A stretch of DNA of 64,000 nt from Eledone cirrhosa. Lineage: Eukaryota. The stretch covers positions 267,592,001-267,656,000 of the forward strand of contig OZ024741.1 of assembly GCA_964016885.1 (NCBI GenBank). Reading direction: 5' to 3'. Shown here piece after piece: positions 11,233 through 23,999 of this stretch. Position 1 is the first letter of the stretch. Every line of letters starts with the position of its first letter. A program made the position numbers and the translations under genes. A model generated the notes under the pieces. That model searched no databases. It saw only the letters and a program-made list of their open reading frames with translations, and was not told the origin of the DNA.

Positions 11233-14200
11233 TATCATCATCATTATCATCATCATTTTACGTCCACTTTTCCCTGCTTGCAAGGGTGGGATGGGTCCTA
11301 TTCAGCACAGCATCTCTCCACTTGTCATGGTCCTTCGTCATCTCCATGAGCTTCAGCGATCTGAGGTCTGCTCTCACCACCTCCGCCCATGTTTTTCGTG
11401 GTCTTTCTTCTACTGGGATTTCTTGGCACTTTTTTAGCTAGAGGTCATCCTCCATGCGCATCACATGTCCATACCATCTCAGTCTTCTCTCCTGCACACC
11501 ACAACTTATCCCTCTTATACACAGTTTCACTCTCAACTCATCTATGTTCGGTTGTTTACGCACATTGACATTGCACATCCAACGGAGCATGCTAGCTTCA
11601 TTTCTCTCCAGCCGTCTCATATCCATTGTAGTTGCTGCCCATGTCTCCCTACCATGCAGCATCATGCATCTCACACACGCATCATATAACCGGCCTTTCG
11701 TACGCAGGGAGAAACCCTTCTTTGTCAACAGAGGGAGCAGCTCCCTAAACTTCTTCCAATCCGTCCTTATTCTAGATATTATGACCTCGGAACACACCCC
11801 TCCCATGCTAATTTGATCACCTAGGTACTGGAAGCTATCAACCACTTCTATAGAACCCACCTAAATTGGAAAAATGTGTCTGTCACTGCGATTACTACTG
11901 TCAAATTCCCCTGTACATCTACTGCATACGTAGTTTTCCCTACCTGTTAGTTTGCCTGCTATCCCACATCTCTTGTGTACCCAAGATCTGCATTGCGTAC
12001 ATTTTATAGAATTTATGCCAGTTCCTTTTCTGCATATCGAACATAGCCATTTCCCTGATGGAATCAGAGTTTTGTCCTCTTTTCTACTTATCAACACTTT
12101 TGTCTTAGCTATGTTCACTCTCAGTCCCCTTGATTCCAACTACTGTTTCCAAAGCCAGAATTTATTCTCTAGCTCCTCTACTGATTCTGCTATAAGAACC
12201 AGATCATCAGCATATAGAAGTTCCCACGGGCAGCCAGTCTTAAACTCCTCTGTTATGGCTTGGAGGACTATAATGAACAAGAGCGAGCATCTGGAAATAC
12301 TCACTAAACTCCATTCCTACTCTCACTTTACTGACAGAACCTCTGTACTTAGCTTGCACTGTCCTCACAAGCCATTCCTCTACACCTAGTTTCCTTAGGG
12401 ACCACCAGATGACAGATCGGCGTACCCTATCAAAGGCCTTCTCTAGGTCAACAAAAGCTAAGTATAGTGGCTTATTCTTCTCTAAAAACCTCTCTTGTAG
12501 TTGTCTCACTAAGAAGAGGGCATCTGTTGTACTTTTCCCAGGCACAAAACCAAACTGCATCTCATCTAATTTGACCCTTTCTCTAATTAGTTGCACTAAT
12601 ATTCTCTCTGCCACTTTCATAACTTGATCCATCAGCTTTATGCTCCTATAATTGCTCTCTCCAGAGCATCCCCTTTACATTTGTAGCAATTTATGAGAAT
12701 ACTGCTGCACCAGTCTTTGGGTATGACACCACCATATATAGCCTGATTGATGATGCGTGCAACCAGTTTAGTGCCTACGTCCCCTGATGCCTTCAGTATC
12801 TCAGCCAACTATCCCCGACGGTCCAGCAGCCTTACCATTTTTGATTTCCTTAATTGCCTCTTGGACCCTATATTCGTCAATCTCAATAGCTGATCCCTCT
12901 GTCGAGTCTACTGGGGGTAATTTCTCTCTCTCCTATTCGTTCTCCACATTCATCAGTCTCTCATAATGACATTTTCAGGCCTCCTTTTTCTGATCATTTG
13001 TGACACTAAGTACACCAGCATCATTCCAGACACACTTATCTCCAACAACATCCTGATTTACATTGATACACTGCCTTGCAATGCGGAACACTGCATGTCT
13101 CTGATCTTCCCGTCACAGAACATTGGCAAAGCTCCTACTCTCGGGTTCCATGCGTGCTAAGTATACCTGACATCTAGCTTCTCTCTTAGCAGCTGTACAT
13201 CCTTCTCTACTCCCACCATTTTTCCAAGCGTTCCATGCTAGTCTTTTGTCTCTAATGGCCTTATCTACCGTTCTGTTCCACCACCAGGCCACTCTCTATC
13301 TTCAGTAGCCTGCAGTAAGTTGTCATGTGAGAAATTCCAGTTATCATCTATGTCATACGACTCTAAATCGTCTTCTTTTTCGTCATACACATCTTGAAGG
13401 GCTTTCCTAAATTTATATTTTAGTGAAAGTTCTTTTAGCTTCCAGCCCTTTCTTTTCCACACTTTCCTGTATATTTCATTCTGTCTCTTGCTTACTGAGA
13501 TGTCACTAACTACTAACCTATGCTGTGGGGGTACATTCTTCCCCGGGGTATGCCTTAGTATTTGACACCATCTGTCTGTCTCGCTGCCTAACTAGCAAGA
13601 AGTCAATCTGGCTTATGTGCTCGCCAGATTTGTAGGTTATTAGGTCATTGGTAGGCTTCTGGAAGTTAATGTTGCAAATGGTTAATGTTACAAAAATTCA
13701 AGAAGCCTCACTCCTTCTTCATTTCTTGAGCCATAACCGTGCCTACCATGTAGCCCAGTGTATCCATCCTGGAGCTGTCCAACATGTCCATTGAAGTCTC
13801 CTGCTAGCATAACGATGTCTCCGTCCTCTGTCATTGAGGCTGTCTGTAAAAGTTGCTCGTAAAAGCAGTCTTTCTCTTATTTACCTAGGCCTGCTTGGGG
13901 AACATAGGCAGAGATGATTGTCAGTAGTCTCCTGCCTACAACTAATCTAAGCTTAATTATTCTATTATTAACTCTAACTACCTATATTGTTTTTCGATCC
14001 ATCTCTAAGCCAGTAAAATGCCTACCCCACCTAACCCATCATCATTACCCACCCAGAAAAGCTTATAACTACGATGTTTGCCTGCGATTAGTCTTGCAGA
14101 GACACCTCTCCATCTCACCTCTTGCATGCAGCACACACCCACATGCCTTCTCTCCAGCATCTCCACTATCTCACCAGATCTACCTGTTAGAGTGCCAACA

Positions 14201-14580
14201 TTAAGTGTGGCAACTCTGAGATGTGACATCTTCATATTCTTGTTCTTGTTCCTGTTGTGTGATTGTTTGATGACGGTCAGGCGGTTCTCCCACATGGCCG
14301 CACCAGCCACCCCACTACTGTGTGCAGCCCTAACATGGTTAGTGTTATTGCTGTTTATGCAGTTGTTGCAATTCTCATTCGTTGCACTCATAGATTTTAG
14401 CAGTAGTATATATACACCAGCATGGACTGGGTGCTTTTATTCGTGCCACCAGCACTAGAGAGGTTGTTTTACTGGACTTAGGCGACTTCTCTACCCTGAA
14501 CCAATTTATTCGGAGTGGGAGCTCTCCTAGACGGGTTGCCTATGCTACGGCTTACGGAGCCTCCGTTTAACGTGCTATGT
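11233..14580 (-). mobile_element. Near full-length decayed RTE LINE (family A): APE endonuclease plus RT
   Basis: LRVATLNVGTLTG...CMQEVRW (APE) in ORF 14005..14391; RT fragments in ORFs 12240..12632, 11861..12139 and 11438..11860; (GAT)n tail; many stops and frameshifts. Confidence 0.93.
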
Positions 14581-14809
14581 GCATGAGTGTTTAGCATACA
14601 GCACCAGGTATGCAATACCGGAAGGTGATAGATATAGGGAGGGTGGGTTAGTGGGTGGGATGAAAATGGCGATTTCCTAGCCTCTGTTATTTTAAATACA
14701 GTTGTTCTATATGATCATTTTCCGTTACGAATATATGCATGTACACAACACACATATATATATTAACAGATATATAAATGCAAATAGACATTAGTATATA
14801 TATCTATAT

Positions 14810-17800
14810 ATTGGCTGCAACCAAGCGAATACCCTCCACACAATAATATCAGCTTACGCACCCCAATCGGGGTTGCCAGACGAACTTAAGGATAGGTTTT
14901 ACGAGTCCCTAATGCACACTACTGCTCTAACAAACGACAATGACTTCCTAATCATCGCAGGAGATTTTAACGGACACGTAGGTAAACACTGTGACGGCTT
15001 CAATAGAGTCCATGGAGGCCATGGGGTTGGCACAAGAAATGAAGAAGGATTCCGACTTCTAGAATTCTGCGACGCCAATGACATGTTGATATGTAACACA
15101 AACTTCAAAAAACCCGTCAACCACCTGATCACCTATAGATCAGGGGAACATTCTAGTCAGATAGATTTTATCCTCATCGTCGTAAACACAAAAGCCTACC
15201 CTAGTGAGGAATGTACCTCCCAACATAGCTTAGTTGTCAGCAACCTCACAGTCAGAACTAGAAGAACCTAGAAACAGAGGCCAACCTGGGGAAGAAAGAT
15301 CTGGAAGCTGAAAGACCCCCCTCAGCCAGTAACTGATTTAAAGATATTTTACTCAACGCCTACGACAATAAAGAAGAACAGATAGAGACATACAATGTAG
15401 AAGAGCACTGGGAGTTCCTAAAAAATAACTTACTAGAGGCGACGGATGAGATCTGTGGCTGGAGTAAGACCACAAGCAGGAAAAGAGTGACTTGGTGGTG
15501 GAACAAAAAGGTAGATGAGGCAGTTAAGGCCAAGAGACAGGCATGGAAAGAATGGAAGAATGGGGGGAGCAGGGTATATTACATAGAGACCAAGAGGGAA
15601 GCTAGGCGACAAGTATACTTAGCTAGGAGGGAGGCAGAGGATAGAAAATTCAAGCATGTTTTGCAACGTGAGGACCAGAAACAGGAGGTGATCAAGATTG
15701 CGAGGCAGTGTGTCAGAGAGAATTGTGATGTCATTGGAGAGAAGTGTATCCGGAATGATAAAGGTGAGCTTGCTCTCACAAGTGCTGAGAAGAAAGATGT
15801 ATGGAAGAGCCATTATGATAGATTACTGAATGAGGAGAATGCATGGGAAGAAGAGACCCTACCCCAAGTAGACCCTATAGAGGGGCCAGCAGTACAAGTC
15901 AGCAGCAGCGTAGTAAGTAAGGCAATCAAAGATATGAAGATGGGGAAGGCAACCAGTCCATCGGGTATAGCAGCCGAGATGCTGAAGGCATCTGGGTCTG
16001 TAGGTCACAGTATAACCACACGTATTGTTAACCAGGTAATACTAGAAGGTGTCATACCAAAAGATTGGTGCACTAGCATCATTGTCAACTGCTACAAAGG
16101 TAAAGGTGATGCACTAGATAGAGGAAACTATAGAGGTATAAAGCTGATGGACCAGGTCATGAAAGTAACAGAAAGAGTTATAGCACAGTTGATTAGGGAC
16201 CGGGTGAAACTAGATGAGATGCAATTTGGGTTTGTACCAGGAAGATGCACCACTGATGCCCTCTTCCTTTGAGGCAGTTACAGGAAAAGTACCTAGCTAA
16301 AAGTAAGCCACTCTACCTGGCATTCGTCGATCTCGAGAAAGCCTTTGACAGAGTTCCATGTGCTATAATCTGGTGGGCTCTTAGAAAACTAGGAGTAGAT
16401 AAATGGCTTGTGAAAGCTGTACAATCCATGTATAGGGGAGCAGTCAGCAAAGTTAGGATTAGCAATGAGTATAGCGAGGAATTTAGCGTACAGGTTGGTG
16501 TCCACCAGGGCTCTATTCTTAGCCCTCTCCTGTTCATCATAGTCCTGCAGGCAATAACAGAGGAGTTTAAGACTGGATGCCCATGGGAACTCCTGTATGC
16601 TGATGACCTCGCACTTATAGCTGAATCTATGGTAGAACTAGAGAAGAAATTCCAAACTTGGAAGCAGGGACTAGAAAGAAAGGGTCTCAAAGTCAACATG
16701 ACAAAGACTAAGGTCCTTGTAAGTAGACAAGAAAACAGAACCCAGATCCCCTCAGGGAAATGGCCTTGCTCAGTATGTAGGAAAGGTATAGGTAGATTTC
16801 CTTATTAGCCACAAGGGCGCAACAAGAAAGGGGACAATACAAAGACATGCCGGGGATTTTACATACAGTCGTGTAAAAAATATAAAAACAAACAATTTCA
16901 ACAATCGAAATCCCCAATAAGGGGGAGGTGCCACAAATGGGTTGTTTAATACCCCGTTGATAGAACAACCCTCAACTCGAGGAGCGTGTTGTGCAAGTGC
17001 TCCTTTCTTCCTTTTGCTCTCTTCCTCAACCTACAGGCTTATAAACAGAGAAGGCCCAATCACTCGGGCCATTTTCGCTTCATTCACCCACCTTTCAGTA
17101 AATTTACTGGGGTGCAGTGCCTCTCTCTCCACCCTGATTCTCCTTCTAAAGTGATACTTAAAGAAGGGAATCAATTGTTGTCCGGAGAGAAAGGCATCTG
17201 TCCTCAGTCCTCTCAACCTCGTCCACCATATAACTTCTATCACCATAGCCACCGTACAGAGGAAAACCGCCTCTCTTTCGTTTTTGAAAGAGTCTGGCGG
17301 TTTGATCCTTACTATGGACTCGGCAGTCAACTGTATTTGTCCCATACGCGACAGCAGTTGTTCTGCATAGTTCCACAGGTCGCTTACGCCCGGGCAGTGT
17401 ACAATTGCGTGCAGAACTGTTTCAATGTCCTGCGCACATCTTGGACACGTCCTCTTGGAAGGATCCCTGCCAGGGCGTCCGTGCCTGTAGATCTTGTCAC
17501 GAACCGGTAGAACTCCTTGGTAGCACTGCCAGGCCAGGGACCTCTGGAAGTTGTCCATAGGTCCCGGGCGGAAAGTCCTACCAAACAGACTGGTGAGCTC
17601 ATCGTCTTCGACGCCCAGAGTCTCTCCGAGCACGTGGTCGCCCTTGTAACGTACAATCCCTCTATAGAATGTCGAAGTGGAGTCTCCACTGATTGCTGTG
17701 CCCGCTTGCCAGAGGACTGTGAGCGCCTGAGCGCATTCAATGTGCCAGGCACCCATCGTTTTCGGTCTTTTCTTCACCCAGGACTGCAGCTCCGTTAGTG

Positions 17801-19172
17801 AGACGAGCTGTGGGAAAGCCTGTCTCACAAACGGTGCCCACACCAGTTGGGGGTCGGTGAGGAATACCTGGAGATGCCGCAGCCTCAGCGCATGTTTGCG
17901 CATCATCAGCCACGGCATTTCCAGCCCTCCGTTGGAAGGGTGCTGACAGCAGACGGATCTCCTCACCAGCGGAGCCTGCTTCTTCCACAGAAACTGGAAG
18001 AGCATGCGTTCCATCTTGGCAAGGTGTTCACGGCAACAAGGCACGACAGTCAAGCGGTAGTAGATGACGGACGCTATGAAAGTGTTCGCCACCTCCGCTC
18101 GACCTTTCAATGCAAACAATGGGTGCCACAAATGCAAACAATGGGTACACAAGAGATGTAGCGGGATCTCAGAAAGCTTAATTAAGAATGTAGGCTTCAC
18201 ATGTAGCAGCTCTGCTGGGACAGCAAGCAGCAAACAGCCACAGGAAACAAGTTCCACCAATCTCTGGGAGGGCTCTCTAGAAACAGTAGACAGCTTCTGC
18301 TACCTAGGTGACCAAATTAGCAGCGGAGGTGGGTGTCCAGAAAGTACAATAACTAGGGTAAGAACGGGATGGAAGAAGTTCAGGGAACTACTGCTACTGC
18401 TAGCTGCAAAAGGCTTCTCCCTCAAAATGAAAGGCAGACTGTATGATGCGTGTATCCGAACAGCAATTTACATGGTAGTGAGACCTGGATGCTGAAGGTG
18501 GAAGACTTACGTAAATTAGAAAGAAACGAAGCCTGCATGCTCCGATGGATGTGTAATAGTAATATACGCGAACGGAAAATCATAAATGAATTGAGAGAGA
18601 GACTGAGCATAAGAGGAATCAAATACTGTGTGCAGGAGAGGCGGTTGCATTGGTATGGACATGTGATGCGTATGAAGGATGACAGCTGCATAAAAAGGTG
18701 CAGAGCACTAGAAGTCATTGGAAACCGCGGAGTGGGGAGACCCAAGAAGACCTGGGATGAGGTGATAAAAGCTGACCTTACCCAATTACACCTCTCAAAG
18801 GCGATGACACACGACCGTGACCTCTGGCGTCACGCAGTAATACAGAGTACCCGACCTCCCATGGGTACAAGCTGAAGCATATAGACAATATGCCCCCAAA
18901 CCCTCCCACTGCAAAATGGTCGTGGAGGTGCCACGGCAAAAAAGCACCCAGCCCACACTGTAAAGTGGACGTGTAGGCGCCACGGAAAAAGCACCCAGCG
19001 CTCACTGTAAATGAGGTTGGTGTTAGGAAGGGCATCCAGCTGTAGAAATCAAGCCAAAATCAGTTTCTGTATGAGCAAGACAAGGTCAGCCGACCAGACA
19101 CTGCCCACAACAGGACAACCCGTCTAACCCATGCTAGCATGGAAGAACGGGCGTAAAACGGTGATGATGATG
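14810..19172 (+). mobile_element. RTE LINE (family B), decayed, interrupted by a Tx1-like insertion
   Basis: APE motifs AGDFNGHVG and SQIDF; RT motifs QFGF and YADD; ~300-bp 3'UTR; (GAT)n tail. Confidence 0.93.
16796..18110 (-). mobile_element. Tx1/L1-clade LINE 3' fragment nested in the RTE
   Basis: ORF 17031..18260: LKGRAEV...FLW...GGL, CCHC knuckle CPRCAQDIETVLHAIVHC; 3'UTR with AATAA. Confidence 0.88.
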
Positions 19173-19214
19173 ATATATATAAATAAACATCGAAAGAAGG
19201 AAATTGACAATTTT

Positions 19215-19953
19215 TTGACATGACCTGGGCATTAAGGTCAGATTTGCGTTGGATGAAGCATGTCTCTAAAATTGTCAAGAAGGCCGAGGGTGTCTTAGCA
19301 TCACTCAGCAAGACCTTTGTCAGCCACTGTCCAGCTATCTATTTAAGGCTGTACATGGCTATGGTGTGGCCACACTTAGAATTTACATCACCAGTCTGGA
19401 ACCCCTATCTTGCTCAGAACATTGACTGCCTGGAAACTGTTCAGAGACGTGCAACCAAGCGAATACCCTCCATCAGGCATCTACCATACTCTGAACGCCT
19501 TGCTTCCCTGGGCATTGATACATTGAAGGTCCGACGTCTGGCAACTGACTTGGTAAACATCCACAAAATTATTAACCATCTTGCCAACAACAACCCTGAG
19601 TACCTTTTTGATTTCCATGTGTCTAACACACGTGGGCATGCCCACAAAGTCAGAAAACAGCACAGTTCCCATGACTTTCGGAAAATTTGTTCACGCTCAG
19701 AGTTGCTGAAGCATGGAACAAACTACCTGCATCAGTTGTTAGCTGTCGAGACACTGCATCCTTTAAAACCTCTATGCTTCCGGAGATTCGCCAACGCTAC
19801 ACCTAATGTTCCCCCTCCATACACACACATGTATATCATGACTCATACACTATTCACTTCCCTGACATTTGTATATTATTCTATGTACTATACATGCACC
19901 TTTGATAAGTTGTAGTGCACCTGGGCACTTTACACAATAATTTCATTATTATT
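19215..19953 (+). mobile_element. CR1/L2-type LINE 3' fragment
   Basis: ORF 19220..19915: PHLEF..PVWNPY...LETVQRRATK..Y.ERL..L...TRGH; (ATT)n tail. Confidence 0.88.
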
Positions 19954-20155
19954 ATATATCTTATTCTCTCTATGTCAAATAATCAGCCTAATGTAAAATT
20001 TTAAAAGATTTTGTATAAGATTTAAGTATATACATATATATACTTAAGCCCCCCCTCCTAATCCACAAATTGTAATGAAAGCTCTGCACATACCAATATT
20101 TCAAAGATAAAGTAAATTTATATAAATTGAGAAAATCCAAGAAATTCAGTTTTAC

Positions 20156-20237
20156 CTTTCTCAATATTTTTCCTGAAGTGAAACTTTTCTTTATTAATGG
20201 CATCTGGCTTTTGTGCTGTTGAGAAGTTTTCATCAAC
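20156..20237 (-). CDS. GCLC: GCLC-like exon: VDENFSTAQKPDAINKEKFHFRKNIEK
   Basis: Manual translation; matches VDENMKVAQKRDAVLQGMFYFRKDI; aag/gtaaaa boundaries. Confidence 0.92.
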
Positions 20238-20284
20238 CTTTGAGTGGATGGAATAATATGCAATATAAATATATATGTAGAAGC

Positions 20285-20470
20285 ATCAGGTCTAGTGGTG
20301 TGTTGGACTTACAATGATAATGTTATAGGTTCGATTCCTGAACTGGGTTGTGTGTTGTGTTCTTGAGCAAAACACTTCATTTCATGTTGCTCTAGTATAC
20401 TCAGCTGAAAATGAGTACCAGCAGTAGCTGGGGGTTTAACCCTGTGACGGACTGGCTTCCTGTCAAGGGG
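20285..20470 (+). mobile_element. CORE-type tRNA-derived SINE, degraded
   Basis: GGTCTAGTGG (A-box), GGTTCGATTCC (B-box), TTCTTGAGCAAAACACTT core, CTCAGCTGAAAATGAGTACC. Confidence 0.65.
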
Positions 20471-20834
20471 AGAGTCAACCATATCAACCCTAATGTTTTT
20501 TTATAGATCTGTTTTTGTATGGGACTTAAACAAACACAGTCACACACAAAACTAAGTGTGTGTATGTGTATTCCTCACAACGTTAAGCTACCTCACAATC
20601 ATTTCATTACTAAGACAGAAACTTAACAAATGGATCTGATATAAAATTATGTTAGAAGAAGATTTTAATATAAATAGGAAGCCTTTACAATTGGTGGATT
20701 TGTTTCACAGAATCAGAGCCAGATTTGGCTGGGTTGGTATCAAGACTGAATGAAGCAGTTTTGTATCGTAGAAACAAGGAACAGTTCCCAGCTGTTTCGT
20801 TTTAAAAGGGTCAATGTAAGGAATTGTTATTTAC

Positions 20835-20939
20835 CTTTGTTATTGGGATTAAAAGGTTTAGTTTGAAAATGACCAGAGCTCTGGTTAGAAGGACCATAAA
20901 CACTACATGGGCTGTATTTTCAAAATCAGTCAATTGAAG
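20835..20939 (-). CDS. GCLC: GCLC-like exon: LQLTDFENTAHVVFMVLLTRALVIFKLNLLIPITK
   Basis: Manual translation; matches [35 protein letters not shown]; cag/gtaaat boundaries. Confidence 0.95.
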
Positions 20940-21258
20940 CTGGAAATAAAATGGTTAATAACAAGAATTAAAAGATTGTTTTAACACATTGATATGAGTC
21001 TTGGGGGTATTAATACATAAGCAGTAATGGTGTTGGGAAAATGCACCAGGGACACCCTGGAGAGAAAGAGAGAAAGTGCTGGCATATATGTGAGATGAGG
21101 CCTCCAGCCCATCTGTAGGGTTAATAACTCTGATTATAGTACTGTTAGCAGGGAGAATGGACGTTAAATTATGATATATATATGTAAATATAAGGCAGTA
21201 ATGTTTATATAGAGATGTTGGGATTAATATATAAACCCAACAAACACACACAAATATG

Positions 21259-21293
<35 letters not shown>

Positions 21294-21296
<3 letters not shown>

Positions 21297-23833
21297 AGCC
21301 AGTAACAGATTTAAAGATATTTTACTCAACGCCTACGACAGTAAAGAAGAACAGATAGAGACATTCAATGTAGAAGAGCACTGGGAGTTCCTAAAAAATA
21401 ACTTACTAGAGGCGACGGATGAGACCTGTGGCTGGAGTAAGACCTCAAGCAGGAGGAGAGTGACTTGGTGGTGGAACAATAAGGTAGATGAGGCAGTTAA
21501 GGCCAAGAGACAGGCATGGAAAGAGTGGAAGAACGGGGGTAGCAGGGTACATTACATAGAGACCAAGAGGGAAGCTAGGCGACAAGTATACTTAGCTAGG
21601 AGGGAAGCAGAGGATAGAAAATTCAAACATGTTTTGCAACGTGAGGACCAGAAACAGGAGGTGTTCAAGATTGCGAAGCAGTGTGTCAGAGAGAATTGTG
21701 ATGTCATTGGAGAGAAGTGTATCCGGAATGATAAAGGTGAGCTTGCTCTCACAAGTGCTGAGAAGAAAGATGCATGGAAGAGCCATTATGATAGATTACT
21801 AAATGAGGAGAATGCATGGGAAGAAGAGACCCTACCCCAAGTAGACCCTATAGAGGGGCCAGCAGTACAAGTCAGCAGCAGCGTAGTAAGTAAGACAATC
21901 AAAGATATGAAGATGGGGAAGGCAACCAGTCCATCGGGTATAGTTGCCGAGATGCTGAAGGCATCTGGGTCTGTAGGTCACACTATAACCACACGCATTG
22001 TTAACCAGGTAATACTAGGTGTCATACCAAAAGATTGGTGCAGTAGCATCATTGTCAACTGCTACAAAGGTAAAGGTGATGCACTAGATAGAGGAAACTA
22101 TAGAGGTATAAAACTGATGGACCAGGTCATGAAAGTAACAGAAAGAGTTATAGCACAGTTGATTAGGGACCGGGTGAAACTAGATGAGATGCAATTTGGG
22201 TTTGTACCAGGAAGAGGCACCACTGATGCCCTCTTCCTTTTGAGGCAATTACAGGAAAAGTACCTAGCTAAAAGTAAGCCACTCTACCAGGCATTCGTCG
22301 ATCTCGAGAAAGCCTTTGACAGAGTTCCATGCGCTATAATCTGGTGGGCTCTTAGAAAACTAGGAGTAGATGAATGGCTTGTGAAAGTTGTACAATCCAT
22401 GTATAGGGGAGCAGTCAGCAAAGTTAGGATTAGCAATGAGTATAGTGAGGAATTTAGCGTACAGGTTGGGGTCCACCAGGGCTCCGTTCTTAGCCTTCTC
22501 CTGTTCATCATAGTCCTGCAGGCAATAACGGAGGAGTTTATGACCGGATGCCCATGGGAACTCCTGTATGCAGATGACCTCACACTTATAGCTGAATCTA
22601 TGGTAGAACTAGAGAAGAAATTCCAAACTTGGAAGCAGGGACTAGAAAGAAAGGGTCTCAAAGTCAACCTGACAAAGACTAAGTTCCTTGTAAGTAGACA
22701 AGAAAACAGAACCCAGATCCCCTCAGGGAAATGGCCTTGCTCAGTATGTGGGAAAGGTGTAGGTATGAACTCCATTCTCTGCCCCAAATGCAAACAATGG
22801 GTACACAAGAGACGTAGCAGGATCTTAGGAAGCTTAATTAAGAATGTAGGCTTCACATGTAGCAGCTCTGCTGGGACAGCAAGCAGCAAACAGCCACAAG
22901 AAACAAATACCACCAAACTCTGGGAGGGCTCTGTAGAAACAGTAGACAGCTTCTGCTGCCTAGGTGACCGAATTAGCAGCGGAGGTGGGTGTTCAGAAAG
23001 TACAATAACTAGGGTAAGAACGGAATGGAAGAAGTTCAAGGAACTACTGCCACTGCTAGCTGCAAAAGGCTTCTCCCTCAAAATGAAAGGCAGACTGTAT
23101 GATGCATGTATCCGAACAGCAATGTTACATGGTAGTGAGACCTGGGCGCTGAAGGTGGAAGACTTACGTAGATTAGAAAGAAACGAAGCCTGCATGCTCC
23201 GATGGATGTGTAATAGTAATATACACAAACAGCAAATCATAAATGAATTGAGAGAGAGACTGAGCATAAGAGGAATCAAATGCTGTGTGCAGGAGAGGCA
23301 GTTGCGTTGGTATGGACATGTGATGCGTATGAAGGATGACAGCTGCATAAAAAGGTGCAGAGCACTAGAAGTCATTGGAAACCGCGGAGTGGGGAGACCC
23401 AAGAAGACCTGGGATGAGGTGATAAAAGCCGACCTTACCCAATTACACCTCTCAAAGGCGATGACACACGACCGTGACCTCTGGCGTCACGCAGTAATAC
23501 AGAGTACCCGACCTCCCATGGGTACAAGCTGAAGCATATAGACAATATGCCCCCAAACCCTCCCACTGCAAAGTGGTCGTGGAGGTGCCACGGCAAAAAA
23601 GCACCCAGCCCACACTGTAAAGTGGACGTGTAGGCGTCACAAAAAAGCACCCAGCACTCACTGTAAATTAGGTTGGTGTTAGGAAGGGCATCCAGCTGTA
23701 GAAATCAAGCCCAAATCAGTTCCTGTATGAGCATCAGATAGTCAGCCGACCAGACACTGCCCACAACAGGACAACCCGTCTAACCCATGCTAGCATGGAA
23801 GAACGGACGTAAAATGGTGATGATGATGATGAT
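21294..23833 (+). mobile_element. RTE LINE (family B), 5'-truncated, with a long open RT frame
   Basis: ORF 21256..23532 (its N-terminus is a TA-repeat artefact) has complete RT motifs; it is near-identical to 15321-19172; (GAT)n tail. Confidence 0.95.
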
Positions 23834-23844
23834 ATATATATATG

Positions 23845-23985
23845 ATAGGCTTCCACAGTCTTCAGTTACCAAATTTCATCACAAGGAATTGGTCAATCTG
23901 AGGCTATAGGTCCAGGCAGGGAGACTGAACTCGAAATCATGAAATTGCAAATGAACTCCTTAACCACACAGTCATGTCTACACCT
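23845..23985 (-). mobile_element. tRNA-derived SINE (octopus OK-like)
   Basis: Minus strand reads TGACTGTGTGGTTAAG (A-box), GAGTTCAGTCTCCC (B-box), CTATAGCCTC...GACCAA...CCTTGTG...TTTGGTA...GAAGCC. Confidence 0.75.
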
Positions 23986-23999
23986 GTGTTGTGAAGTGA

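Noticed and set aside
17031-18260. 409-aa ORF as a novel fusion protein
   Set aside because: The N-terminal ~45 aa are antisense RTE sequence fortuitously in frame with the Tx1 fragment
22284-23402. 372-aa antisense ORF and similar shadow ORFs over LINEs
   Set aside because: Antisense shadows of RT coding frames with no recognisable domain
21256-23532. 758-aa ORF as a host gene or active retrotransposon
   Set aside because: It is a 5'-truncated RTE lacking the endonuclease; the start codon comes from a TA microsatellite; conserved residues are mutated (YQAF, HKRR)
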